A stretch of DNA of 64,000 bases. It comes from Haliotis rufescens. Taxonomy: Eukaryota. The stretch's first letter is position 1; every line of letters begins with the position of its first letter. Location: the NCBI RefSeq assembly GCF_023055435.1, contig NW_025964223.1:43896001-43960000 (forward strand), read 5' to 3'. Both the position numbers and the translations under genes were made by a program. The notes under the pieces are model-generated. The model was not told the DNA's origin. It did no database searches and worked only from the letters and a program-made list of their open reading frames with translations. Positions 38,101 through 50,354 of this stretch are shown piece by piece.

Positions 38101-41100
38101 CACACGATGAACATTCACTTACCAAATGATGTAATATTCCGTCATATATTCTGGTATATATTTCTTTTATTTTTTCCGGTTACGTGGTATATATATATTG
38201 TGGCAACATGCTTTGATTAAGGGCAGACACTGCGTAATAAGGACGATCATTTCTACTATAACCATGGTAGAACACTATAGCGATCACCTGATTATGTGTT
38301 CAAGAAAGAGGTTAGCTAAATGGCTGAGATCTTGCATTTAATGTACCTCACTGACTTACATCACCGAAGTTACATAGTAATAGCAATAGAATCAGATGTT
38401 TTACTGGATACGATACCTTGCTCTGTGTACATCTGAGATAGCAGGTCGCGAGAGGTGAACTTTCAGAGCAGTCAATCAGCGTCGAGGCTTTCACATTCTT
38501 GATATCAATGACAAAAGCATTCAGACAAGCATACCTGGTTTCGAAAACGAATATAATAGAGGAGTTCCGACTGCAGAAACGGTAACTCCGTGATATTACC
38601 TTCTTGTAGATAACATCCTGTCCTTTCTGAGCACCATGACATCTTGACCCAGAAGGGTGCTATCGACGGTACGTTTGTTTTCTGTGGTGGTTTTATTTGG
38701 GGAGAACAAAATTTCCAAATCGAGGTGGTAAAGAAAATACGTCTTAGAAAGTTTACATGTGACTGACTTCAGAACTCTCGATTCCTTCATGTTCATTGGA
38801 CCTCAACGGCGATGTGGGGCGGTCGGATAGCCTAGTGGTTAAAGCGTTCGCTCGTCACGCCGAAGACCCGGTTTCGATTCCCGACATGGGTACAATGTGT
38901 GAAGCTCATTTCTGGTGTCCCCCGCCGTGATATTGCTGGACTATTGCTAAAGGCGGTGTAAAACCCCACTCACTCACCCACTCACTCAATGGCGATGTAT
39001 CGAAGCATAAAAATATTGACTACAGTCAGATTGATAAACATTAAACAAATTGTGTGTGGCTACGGGATGGTTATTGTCGTATATCAAATTATTTAAGACA
39101 CCGTTAATCATCTAACAACTGAATCGTTTTATGATATAAGCATATTTAGAACCTGTGACATATTAATAGTATGTGGTTTTGTAAGTACATTTGTAAATGA
39201 AGCGGCATGTGACAATAATACAAAATACATGTCTGTGTTTCTGCTGTTTGTGTAATTGAAGTACTGTAACTGCAGGGTGTGGCAATTAAATCACAACGGT
39301 TAATTTATTGTCAAGGTCTACAGACCTGCTCCTCTGGGACTGAGACCAGTTCTAACCAAATCATACTGGACGTGTCTACAACACAGATCAACAGATTGGG
39401 AGGCGTGTGTTCCTGTAGACTGACTGTGTCACAGATCAACACTGGGGCAGAGACAGATGTGGAGATGTTCCCTAATGGCTGGACACAGGGGTGCGATACA
39501 TACATGACTATACCGAAGTGGAGCACGGGGACACAGTGTACAAATGGCGTTGTTCAAATTCCACCTGCACAGTCTCACACCGTCACGACTGATGATGAAG
39601 TACGGATACTGGTGGTGGCTTTACTTCCTGGAACCAGAGGATTGTCAGGACAGCTGCAGTTTAAACTTAAGTCATCATTAGGTGAGAGTAATAAAGGGAT
39701 AATATTTAGAGGGTTAAAAAGCAATCGAAATTATAAGGTTGTTTTGCCATCAAAGAGGCATGTGTAATGTTCATTTTGACATTGTATGTATGTATTCTCT
39801 ATTAGAACAGGAACCTCAGGGACCTATGCTAATCGTAAGAGTCAACCAAATCGATCAGGTGGTCAGACGCGGTGACTTGATGAATGGTGTGTCCTTGCAC
39901 CCTGATCATGACTCATCTTGTATTGTCGCTTACAATATCGGTCACTGTATTATCTGGTACAGATTCAATTATATTAAATGCCGCTGGAATATTGCTGAGT
40001 GCCGAGTTAAACAACAAACAAATACACCTTTGTCACAATTCCCAAATTACTGATCCTCCCATTTGAGATGAAGAAAGTATTATATAATATTTGTTCAATG
40101 ATCATCTCTTACTTTAGTACGTCCATTGAGCAACGCCTTACGAATAGATGTGATCCATTTGGCCCTCGCATTTCGCAACCTCTCGTGTCATTTTTGACAA
40201 ATTTGAAGGCCGAATGGTGGTTCTATTGTGGACATCTTAGAACAAGCGGAGACATCTAAATATTCAGTCAACTTGTTGATTTTACAATAAGATTTACTGT
40301 AGATCATAGTACTGAAAACTCGCATACATTTCAACAGACTTGCTAAACATTGAGTGTTTTGAGCCAAACACTAACAGTTCCCAAACTGCAACTTCTTCAA
40401 CAACATCACCTGCTGGATCAACTGACGGGACATGGTCTACTACACCTACGGCAACTGAGATCCCCAAGACAACAGGTCAACCGAGCATCATTTACTTTCC
40501 AGGTACAAGTTCCTATAAATGTTTATTTCCCATATGGCTCAAAGATGGACAATCAAAATCCACAGTAATGATTTCACGAGCCCATCTGATTTACTGGTTG
40601 ACTATAAACTCTCTTACGTTTGACGGTATGTGGATACTTGATCCTTGCCACCTCGGTTATTCTGTAAAAGACACTGATTCGTTCCTACAGATACACCCAT
40701 GGTTAAAAGAGATGTGTATGTTTCATGCTCATTTGACAACATCCGTGTTGTATATCATGCATGCAATGTTCCTTTGATATGCCAATATTCTCCTGTAATC
40801 GATACACAGGTTATTAAAAACGTTTATCAACTCAATGATAAAATACATTCATGTACTGGTGAACAGTATTATCGATTGCTCCTTTAAAACGTCATTTAGG
40901 GAATGTTTTCTGGATGATGTTTGGTCCAGGTAATGACTCCTCAATAGTTCAGTTACATTGAAGTGTGTTATCGTTATGTGAGAGAAAGCCTAAAGTGACG
41001 CTGGTCGTAGGTTGTTCGTGTCAGGTGAAGCAAACAAACTTAACTATCTTATTTACACACCATGGATCCTGTCCGAACCATATCTGTTTGATCATATAAC

Positions 41101-41627
41101 ACTTTGGAGCAGTCATGGATCCTGGTGGATACTGAGTCACCTGATAGATTTATCCCGTATGTCCATCTTGTAAGGTGTTATAATGTTGGTGATTGTGATG
41201 ACATTATGTGTTTTATTGCAGTTGGTATCCTTGCCGCTGGACTTGCTACAGTAGCTGTGCTAGTCGTCATGGCTTGTGGAACATACGTCGCCATATCAAG
41301 GTTCATATGTTTAAGACAACCAACTAAACGTCATCTTCAAACGTTATCTTGTCAACACAAATGTAGACGACTAAATAGAACATGCAGCTTAACTTGACGA
41401 GTATGTGTAACGGTTGGTATCAGTGGAAAATGTTGGTGTAATAAACAAGATGAATTATGGTGTTGTGTTACAGACGAAGACGCCGGACATCCCACCGTCA
41501 GAAGCCTGCAGCTAACGACATTCCGATCTCTGTTGTCCATCCCACCTACTCAGGGCTCACGTCCAGAACAGAGGAGCCAAACAGCATCTATGACACAATA
41601 GACAATCCATATACCAGTGTGCCATAG
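35181..41627 (+). CDS. Receptor C1: complete type I membrane protein with ITAM-like tail, predicted 271 aa
   Basis: Exons 35181-35232 (signal MDVLLTLVFLSLPSVSS), 39316-39681 (ectodomain), 40338-40502 (stalk DLLNIECFEPNTNSS...), 41222-41300 (TM VGILAAGLATVAVLVVMACGTYVAI), 41474-41627 (tail ...HPTYSGLTSRTEEPNSIYDTIDNPYTSVP*). Sum is 816 nt = 272 codons. Confidence 0.85.
35566..35728 (+). mobile_element. SINE family 1 in C1 intron 1
   Basis: Full-length copy with aaagtac TSD-like flanks. Confidence 0.88.
36210..36688. mobile_element. MITE with ~80-bp TIRs and 9-bp TSD (Mutator-like), nested in a tRNA-headed SINE
   Basis: TIRs caatatcattaaaatcaga...gtcacgtcaga and tctgacgtgac...tctgattttaatgagattg. 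TSD ccccaaaaa (36201-36209) and ccctaaaaa (36689-36697). Confidence 0.85.
38816..38984 (+). mobile_element. SINE family 1 in C1 intron 1
   Basis: Full-length copy with TSD ctcaa[c/t]ggcgatgt. Confidence 0.9.
39316..39681 (+). CDS. C1 Cys-rich ectodomain exon
   Basis: Within ORF 39279-39767. tgtcaag acceptor conserved in C2 and C3; G|gtgaga donor. Confidence 0.85.
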
Positions 41628-41889
41628 ACAGACACAGTAATTTGTTTTGTGTCTTGTGACACTGGACTCTGAAGTTTGTTCCCCTGGTTAACACAATAAC
41701 TGACCTTTAATTGGATACATCTGGCATCTTTCTCACACCATGCTGTGTAAACTCAGTCCTACTCCCTACTTCATCTCGTGTGACCAAAGGGCCATTTACA
41801 CCTGTCCGTATTTTTTCCCGTCGATCCGTATCCGCAAAAATCGGTTTTGTAGAAAATACACTGGGGCATCATCACGTATCAACTTAATC

Positions 41890-42300
41890 TTTGTCAGTGG
41901 TGTTTTAACTGAAACCTTGCTTGTTGTCATCATTAAGCCCATTAACAACACCAAAGGCGATCCTGGGGACCCAGGTACCCAGGGGTATATTAATTATAAG
42001 TTTCTTGGGTAAAGTTTTCACCTCCATTTTGAATAGCCGACTCCAAGCCTACTCTTACCATTTTGGGCTAATTGGCAAAGCCCAAGCCGGGTTCAGGAAA
42101 AAAACTTTTCAACAACTGATAACATAATTTAATCTTAAAACCACTCGTCGAGGTATACTCAAACCATAATAAGAGGCTGTATTGTGTTTTTATTGATTTT
42201 TGTAAGGCCTTCGATACGGTTTGGTATTATGACCTTTGGTACAAAATGATTCAAAGTAATATGTATATATAGGCGAGGGAATCACTCAAGCTATAAAAAC
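41890..42300 (+). mobile_element. Non-LTR retrotransposon (LINE) reverse-transcriptase relic
   Basis: Frameshifted pieces read KVFTSILNSRL...QAGFRK...LYCVFIDFCKAFDTVW, typical non-LTR RT motifs. Confidence 0.85.
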
Positions 42301-42744
42301 TATATCATACCAATACTCGTCATCATCATTTGAAGCACTGATGGTCCAGTTCTGCAGATTGTGTTTATATTTTAGCGCTGATAGTTTGAGAAGTTGAAAT
42401 GATCTCATTATGTTGTGAAAATGCGGAAAAGACCAAATGAAAATAAACAACGAACATGCTCCAAAACATTTAATTAACAGCAATTAAGTAATCACCTTTA
42501 TTATATCAATGTTTGTATAAACTGGTATCCAACTAGGGTCGCAACTTCGCAAGACAAAATCACTGAGTAACGATACCTCATAACATCACATACGGAGATG
42601 AAAGTATCTTCTACATAGATGTAAATATCATCTACGTAGTTGTAATTATCAGCTATGTCGATGTAAATATCATCTGAGATGATAAAAGTTTTTTGGACCG
42701 TGTCACTTATACGCTTCCATATGATGACGTCAGGCAGGGAAACA

Positions 42745-42851
42745 ACAAGTATCATGTTTTGACGTCTGTTGGTATAACGCGCCTGAGGATCGAACCACTG
42801 ACCTTCCGCTCTCTGGGCAGACGCTATCCACGACATCACGGAGGCAGTCCG
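42745..42851 (-). mobile_element. SINE family 2 head
   Basis: Reverse complement of the ggac.gcctccgtg...ggttcgatcc head. Confidence 0.65.
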
Positions 42852-45800
42852 TTAAATAGGTAAAGGAAGAGAAGCCTATTGTCTCTAAACCCGACTCCCT
42901 ATTGCGAATAATATAAATCTCTTACCATCGATACTCGCACTTTCTGTTCACCCGATTATCCTATCAAAACCGACAGTACCTACTTCCCCAGGTACTTATC
43001 TCAGTAGACACATACAAATCATTATACAAATGGTCATAAGATAATAATATGCTGTCCAAGTGACAGATGCGATATAAAATTATCCTGAGCGTGGTTTTGG
43101 AAGCGATAGTAAAATGATTTGTAACTCGCAACAGAGTGATTACAGGTGAACACTAGGCATTTTACTTATTGAATATTTGACCTTTCATAGTCTGGTGATA
43201 TATAAGTGTGAGTAAGTTAGGTTGGCGCCGCTTTGAACCGCACTTTATGGTAATGTATCGGCGCGTTAGAAAACGTGCGAGGAAAACCCACCTTGATGCC
43301 GGTCCTCAAATATGGCGAAACCTACGTTCTGTATGGTTCTGAAGGAACAAAGATCATGAATAGGGTTCTGAGATTCGAACCCACAACTAGCGCATCAAAA
43401 GTCGAACACGTTTATTTGAATAATTAATGGAGCATCCTTCCTCAAATAGATAACATGTTAAAGTATAATACTGTTTGTAAAAAGAGAGTTTTAAAGGGAA
43501 CTCTGCTGAAACTCCTATGTGCCTGATTGTCGACCTTGTCTGCGTTGAGGGGCGTGCCTTTATTCCCACCTTGGTAATCATAAACCGAAAGGTAAAAAGA
43601 TAATGTACACACATGAAAGAGATGCAGACGGGCGTACCTAGGTACACACGATGCACCGATATGTACACACGCCACTGGGTGTGGTGCAGTGCATGTGTGT
43701 CGGCAACACTGGCCGGACCAGCTCCCTTTAGTTACACAGCAGACTCATTAGCATCTCAATGTTGTAACAGCATGGGGTAGAGTTTGTTCTTCATTCAACG
43801 AAAACACTTTGGCTTCCAAACGATGATGAATCTATTGTTGAAAACGACGACCTGTGTGGTGCAAACAGGCTCATCATACTGGGTCTAAAGTACATTGTAT
43901 GGTCCTAACACATTTGAAGTAAAGACTGGAGGAGCGAGAACACCATGCATCGCCATGGTAACGTCAACGCATGTACGATCCGCGTTATAATTGATCGGTC
44001 CATGCTTGTCGAAAGACTAACGGGATCGGGTGGTCAGACTCGTTTACTTGGTTGATGCATGTCATCGTATCCTAAATGCCTAACTCGATGCCCATGGTGT
44101 CAATCACTGGATTGTCTGGTCAGGACTACAATATTATAGACCGCCGTCATATAGCTAGAATATGCGGCGTAAAATATCAAACTAACAAGCATAGAAATAA
44201 TAGCATCGACGTCCATTAGACACAACCACTTCAATGTACAGCAACACTTTACGGTTTACGGATGACAGGGAAACGGATGAGGGATATCCATATACGAGGT
44301 CATGGGAAAACTTTCAATGCATGTCACTCTGCATTCAAATTGGTAACCGATAGTGTTTGTGTAGTGTTAAGATTTCAGCATGAATATTCATGATCAGAAC
44401 CTACAACTGCTCTTCCTGGTTGCAACTGAATAGAGGTAGATCCTTTCATCGCCTGTAAGGTGAGTGTATCCGTATTCGCACTCCGTGATAATGATAGTTA
44501 ATAAAACCCCTTCCATAATCATAAGAATCTCCGCCAAAGGAGTCCAGTTTACAATTACGACCACATAAACATGTGTTCATGAATCATAGTGATGATACCT
44601 GGTGGTCACGAAAAGCCCCATCGGTTGCACTCGTCACGTAGTGAAAGGAGATTTGGTGAGTTCTGAACAATGTTTCAGTTTTATCGGACTGCGTCAGTTT
44701 CATGTGGAAGGAAAGGCCGTTGATGTGTCAGTCTTCAGCAAAACCTACAAGTCACGGGTGTGTTCCTGAACATGCCCCTAACAGTGGATCGTTATCACAT
44801 AAACAGAGACAAATCATTATATCATGACATGTTGTACATGATTGTGTCGTCGTATTGGTCAACGTCTGTGGATATCCGTGACCACTCTGGGGACTCTATC
44901 ATTTTACAGCATTAAAGGAGTTGCTATCAATAAAACTGTGTCTACCTTGTCATCCATCAACTTCTAAGTAATGCCTATCAAACAATTTATTTTCTGAGGA
45001 TACATAATCTTAAGCTCCATATTTGTTTAAAATTTATCTCATAGTTAATCAATAGTTTTCAAACCAACAAACAAATAGTTCTCTTTTGGGAATACAGTCA
45101 GTGTGTCTATATGCTACCAAGACGCACATTCCATAAATACGTCACATCCTAGTTGTAGCTGCGTGGAAGATGTCTATCATGATCATGTAAAGGACATTTG
45201 TCTGGTTTGATGGCTCGTACCGATGAATCGGACTATTTACACGTATTTAGATAAAACAAGCAGCAGAACAAAGTTACACAATGATACACATGCTGATAAT
45301 AAACAACTCATATTAAGATGAGGTTATTTAAGGACTGTAAAGTGTGTTTTTTATTTCCGTTGATAGGATATTGTTTATCTACGTTAACGTGTAACTAAAT
45401 TTCGGCACGTGTGTTTTGCACAGTGTTTGGTATGAATGACAGATATACATGTGCGCATGGTGTTTTCTTGGTTGTTATTTATATCAAATACTTTGGGTGT
45501 TTCACATGAAGACCTTTATGCAGTAACATTCATACGTAATAACATACTCGTCGACACGCAGCTTTTCTGAAACTAGTCTGTCGGCTTTCTATCTGGGATC
45601 CCCGCCGAGAACTGAGGCAATGTAGTGTGTTAATACTGGTCTCCTATTTAAACACGGTGCACATCTACTACTTTACTTATATTAATATACTAATATACTC
45701 ACAACATGATTGTTTTAAATAGGAGGTCCCGAAAGGCTGTTGAATACACACAAGGAGGAATATTCATCTGAAGAAATACTGACGATAACGTCTAGTTCTG

Positions 45801-47227
45801 TTTATACACATACGGCAACACAGCTATACAAGTAGTAACAATGACACATGTTTGAAGTCGTATCTATTATACACTTACTTCCTGCTGGTGGTAAACATTA
45901 CCGTACATTTCTGTACTTTGTATACCCCATGCTGTAACATGGGCGTATATGTCACCACCGGCCGTGTCCTTGAAGTGTCGTTAACGATTTCCAATAAACA
46001 CCTTGAATGACGCATGTTTATGGGAGACTAAACTGGAATGAACCTGGTGTAAATGGAGGTTTCATGTCAGACTCGCTGTGTAGATTAAGCGTGACATAAA
46101 CTCACTTGAAAACGAATTATACTTCCAGCTGGTCTGTTTAGGTGATGCAAACGGCAAGGAGGTCAACGGATGAGGGTGAGGAAGTAGTGGAAACGGTTTT
46201 CAGAGTTGAGTAATTATAAGACAAAGACGTCTGCGCTGTTTCACATGACGGGTGTTGGTGTATTTGGGCATGTTCGTGTACCTATTTCTGTACAACAATA
46301 AAAAACGAGTTATTTCGATTACATATTTTTTGACTAAATATCAAGATTTTGTTTACATGTATCTGTGGCGGTAGAATTCAGAATTATTAAATTGACAATT
46401 CTTGAAATAGAGACAAGAATTTTGTTTAATAGCTTCATGCATGCCTATATACATACATACACTTCTTCGTGAATCTGGACCCGACCGGTCCGGAAATCCA
46501 ACCCTCTAAAACATTACACTGTAGTCAATATTACACAATCCTGAATATGCCTACCCGGCCGATTTATTAGGAAAGGTACAGTCGGGAATAACGAGACTTC
46601 ACAGGATATGTGCCTGGGATATCGAATTATACACAAAGGCGAGATTGGTAGTCATATATACAAAGACCAATTATTATAGCATTTGTTACAAAGCCACTGG
46701 GGCATAACTCAAAGGCTGCTATCGAGGATCACACAACCATCAACTTCCTGGTTGGATGTGAATGTCACCAGACGTATATCACTACAAAGAAGTGCATCTA
46801 AAATTAGATCATCATGGACGTCTTGTTGACTCTCGTTGTCCTCACACTGCCGTCAGTAATCTAAGGTAAGATTTCAGCCATATACCAGTAATTATGTTAC
46901 ATAATAGACTGTGTAACAGGCGCCCAGTCAACATTGCTCTTCATGTGTCAGTGGTCTATATATACTGGTTTTGTACGTATGTCACCCAGACATTAGGATA
47001 TCTTTCTGTTTGTAAACTTTCTATAAACATGTGAGTAGATGTCCGAGTTGCCTACAAAGACCCCTGATAGTTTACACGTATTTATTTGTTGAACGAGTTC
47101 ATTGCAGTACATATTCTTATTATAGTCGTACAAATCACGATTTGCTTGATCGCCCAACCACCGAGACCAAAATAGTTATAATAATAGGCTATTTAATTCG
47201 CATATTTCCACGCCATGCTCAAAGCGC

Positions 47228-47570
47228 TATTATTACCCCGGTCACTGGATCAATGTGCACTCAAGAATCATTCTCAGCTCCCTGGGGAGTATACAACCCA
47301 AGATGCCTGCTAGAAGGTTAACAACCACATGTTCATCTCATCCTTCCGGGTACCCATTCACTGCTGGGTGAAAAGAGGCACATTTAGAAAAAGTCACTTG
47401 CCCAAGGAGACGCCACATGTGTTACATGTGCTTCAGGCTGTGACAGCACGGAAGTCCTAGAAACTGTCAATAGCCAAGATGCCGAAACGCGGTCACCCAT
47501 CCAAGGACGCTCCGCGACCGACGCTGATAGCCTATCTCTTGCCAATACCTTTTGAGATCGTATCCTTCTC
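47228..47570 (-). mobile_element. SINE-like element with 5S-rRNA-like box and CORE/Nin-like body (C2 intron 1)
   Basis: Minus strand reads aggctatcagcgtcggtc...cttggatgggtgaccgc, then ccttgggcaagtgactt...cacccagcagtgaatgggtacc. Confidence 0.55.
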
Positions 47571-48890
47571 AATAGTACGTATACCACCCGACGATGTTTC
47601 ATAGACTAAATAAATGAGTAATATGTAAAATTGTATACTTGCACATGTATTATGCGTTATGTGGAAGTTGTAACACCATAGTGTACTTATAAGACATGCC
47701 AGTGTCGCTTCATTTTCCCCAGCGCGAAACGAGTGTGTTTTAATTCCTGCGATATTGTTTTCATTATTATCCCCGTTAGGTGAATTAAATATGGTGGTAA
47801 AATGTTTGCATTGTGTAAGCGAACATTCTGGGGAATAAAGACGATCCGTGATTGTTATCGATTCTAGATTTCTTATAATTACATACAAAACACAGTCGAC
47901 TGTGTCATGGGGAGTCACTCATCACTTCTACTATAACCAAAGAGAATGTGTTTGCTGAGATATTGCTGATACGACATTAATTGTACCTCCCTCACTTGGA
48001 ACACAGAAGTATCATTATAATAATCTCCTCCGATACCTCTCTCCGTGATGAGCTGAGTTAAGAGGTCGAGTCAGGTGATCAGCCAATCAGCGTCGAGGCT
48101 TTTACACTTTCGGCACGTGTAAGTGAAGCATTCAGACATGCATATCTGAATTCTGTAACTCAAAAAGGAACATAATCGAGGAGATCCGATTGCTAAAAAG
48201 ACTAAAGCCGCGCTAATACATAGTTGTGGACATTTAAATTAGTATGCCGCCATGGCATCTACACCCAAAAGGGTGCATTAATCGAGGGTCATTTTGTTTT
48301 CTGTGGTGGATTTTTTTTGTTGAGATCGAAATTTCCGAATCTTGGTGATAGAAAAATCACGCATGTATATAAGAGAAAGCTGACATCTAACTTGCCCTCG
48401 CATCCTTCACTTTGATTGGGCGGTCATAACACGCTCAGGGTTCACCTGACGCGACCTTCTTTTGGGTATCGGGGTAGAAAATCTGATTTAAGTGAGATTG
48501 ATATACATAAAGAAACCAAGAGGGTAAAATCTCTGTTTGAAGTCTATAAATCAATTTGAAACAAACAACGAAAGTAATAGAAAACTATAACACTGCAGAA
48601 TCTTTAGTGTCTCACATCAAATCATTCAAGACAGTGTTCATCTTCCACCAATTGAATTGTCTTATGTTATAAACATGATATTTAGAATCTGAAGTAAAGT
48701 ATGAACATTATGTTGTTACGGAAGCATATGAAGAGGCATGTGACGTTTTTTTCCAAAAATGCATTTCGGGATTTCTTCTATGACATATGTGTTTTTTAAT
48801 GTATCGCTATATAAATATAAATATAACTAATAGTATGATGATACTATGTCCCCTTGAAGTTTCGGGTCTTCTATTTCTTTTGTCTCGCAG

Positions 48891-49141
48891 ATCTTCAGAC
48901 CTAGCTGTTCCTAAGGGACACCGACCAGCCCTACACAAATCACACTGGGTTTGTCTACATCATAGATCAACAATGGGGGGTGGGGGGGTGGGGGGGTGGG
49001 GGTGGGGGGGGGTTGGGGGTGGTGGATGGGGGTGGGGGTGGGGGGGTGGTGGATGGGGGGGGGCTGATGGATATGTTCATATGACCTATCACAGACAAAA
49101 CAGGTGGATTTGTTCCCTGCGGGCTGGACACAAATGTGATA
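48891..49141 (+). pseudogene. Degenerate intronic copy of the 5' half of the C-type ectodomain exon
   Basis: After a ctcgcag acceptor it reads DLQT*... and later QTKQVDLFPAGWTQ..CD, with stops, frameshifts and an internal G-run. Confidence 0.7.
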
Positions 49142-49752
49142 TAAGGCTGAGATATTGCCGACATCACATTAACTCTACCTCACTCACTTCGATCACAGAA
49201 ATAACATAATCTGTTGTGGATATGTTAAACATCCACCCGTTTCTGAGCGCCATGGCATCTACACCAAAAACCGGGCACTATCGAGGGTATTTATGTTGTC
49301 TATGGTTGCACAGAAACGAAGTGGAACAGAAATAAAGCAGATACCTCTTACAAAACATACATATGAACGTCTCACGCATCCTAATTGTGTTGATTGGTCG
49401 GTCAAAGCTCGCTCAGCTTTTACCTGATCATGGCGTTACCGCCTGCGGAGATGTATGGGAGTTAACTTGTGTGAGACTGATATATACAAAGAAACCCAGA
49501 AGTTAAATACACAACTGTACCACTACGGACTGATCGTTGTCATACATCAAATCATTTATGACACTGTTTATTGTCTTCCGACAACTGAAATGTCTTATGA
49601 TATAAATATGATGATATGTTTCTGACGAAAAGTAATTTAACATAATGTGTTTTTTGTCGGTATGGATATCGGCGTATGTGTACATGATGTACTGTATTTC
49701 CGTGTAAATGTAGGGTGTGACCGTTAAAACATAATTTGTATTTACTGTCAAG

Positions 49753-50100
49753 TTCTACAGACCTGTTCTTCTGGGACAGAGACAGGCTCCAACCAAATCC
49801 TACTGGATGTGTCTACAACACAGATCAACACAGGGGGAGGGATGTGTTCCTGTAGGCTGACTGTGTCACAGACAGCACAGGTGGGGTTGTTCCCTATAGG
49901 ATGGACACAACAGTGTGATACATACATGACTATACAGAAGTGGAGGGCTAGTTCACAGTGTACAAATGGTGTTGGTCAAACTATACCTGGACAGATTCAC
50001 ACTGTCACCACTAGTGAGGAGACATGGATACTGGTGGTGGCTCTGCCTGGAGCCAGGGGACTGTCTGGACAGCTGCAGTTCAAGCTTCAATCGTCATCAG
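49753..50100 (+). CDS. C2 ectodomain exon (open frame)
   Basis: Overlaps ORF 49809-50120; paralogous to the C1 and C3 ectodomain exons. Confidence 0.7.
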
Positions 50101-50226
50101 GTGAGAGATGTGAGGGCTAAAAATGATCGAAGTTATGATATTGTTTTGACATAAAAATGTATTAATAATGCCATTGTACATATTGATATAGATGTAAATG
50201 TTCCATTTAAACATAAACACTGGTAG

Positions 50227-50354
50227 ACAATGTACAACAAATGGACTTGTTCAAACAATATCTGCACAGTCTCTCGCCGGTCACCACTGGTGAGTAGATA
50301 TGGATACTGGTGATGGCTACACCTGGAGCCAGAGGACTGTCAGGACAGCCGCAG
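50227..50354 (+). pseudogene. Degenerate intronic copy of the 3' half of the C-type ectodomain exon (C2 intron 2)
   Basis: Matches the QCTNG...WILV...PGARGLSGQ coding sequence, with an in-frame TAG (gagtagatatgg). Confidence 0.7.

Noticed and set aside
48787-49209. Gly/Trp-rich 140-aa ORF
   Set aside because: Product of the G-run inside a pseudo-exon.
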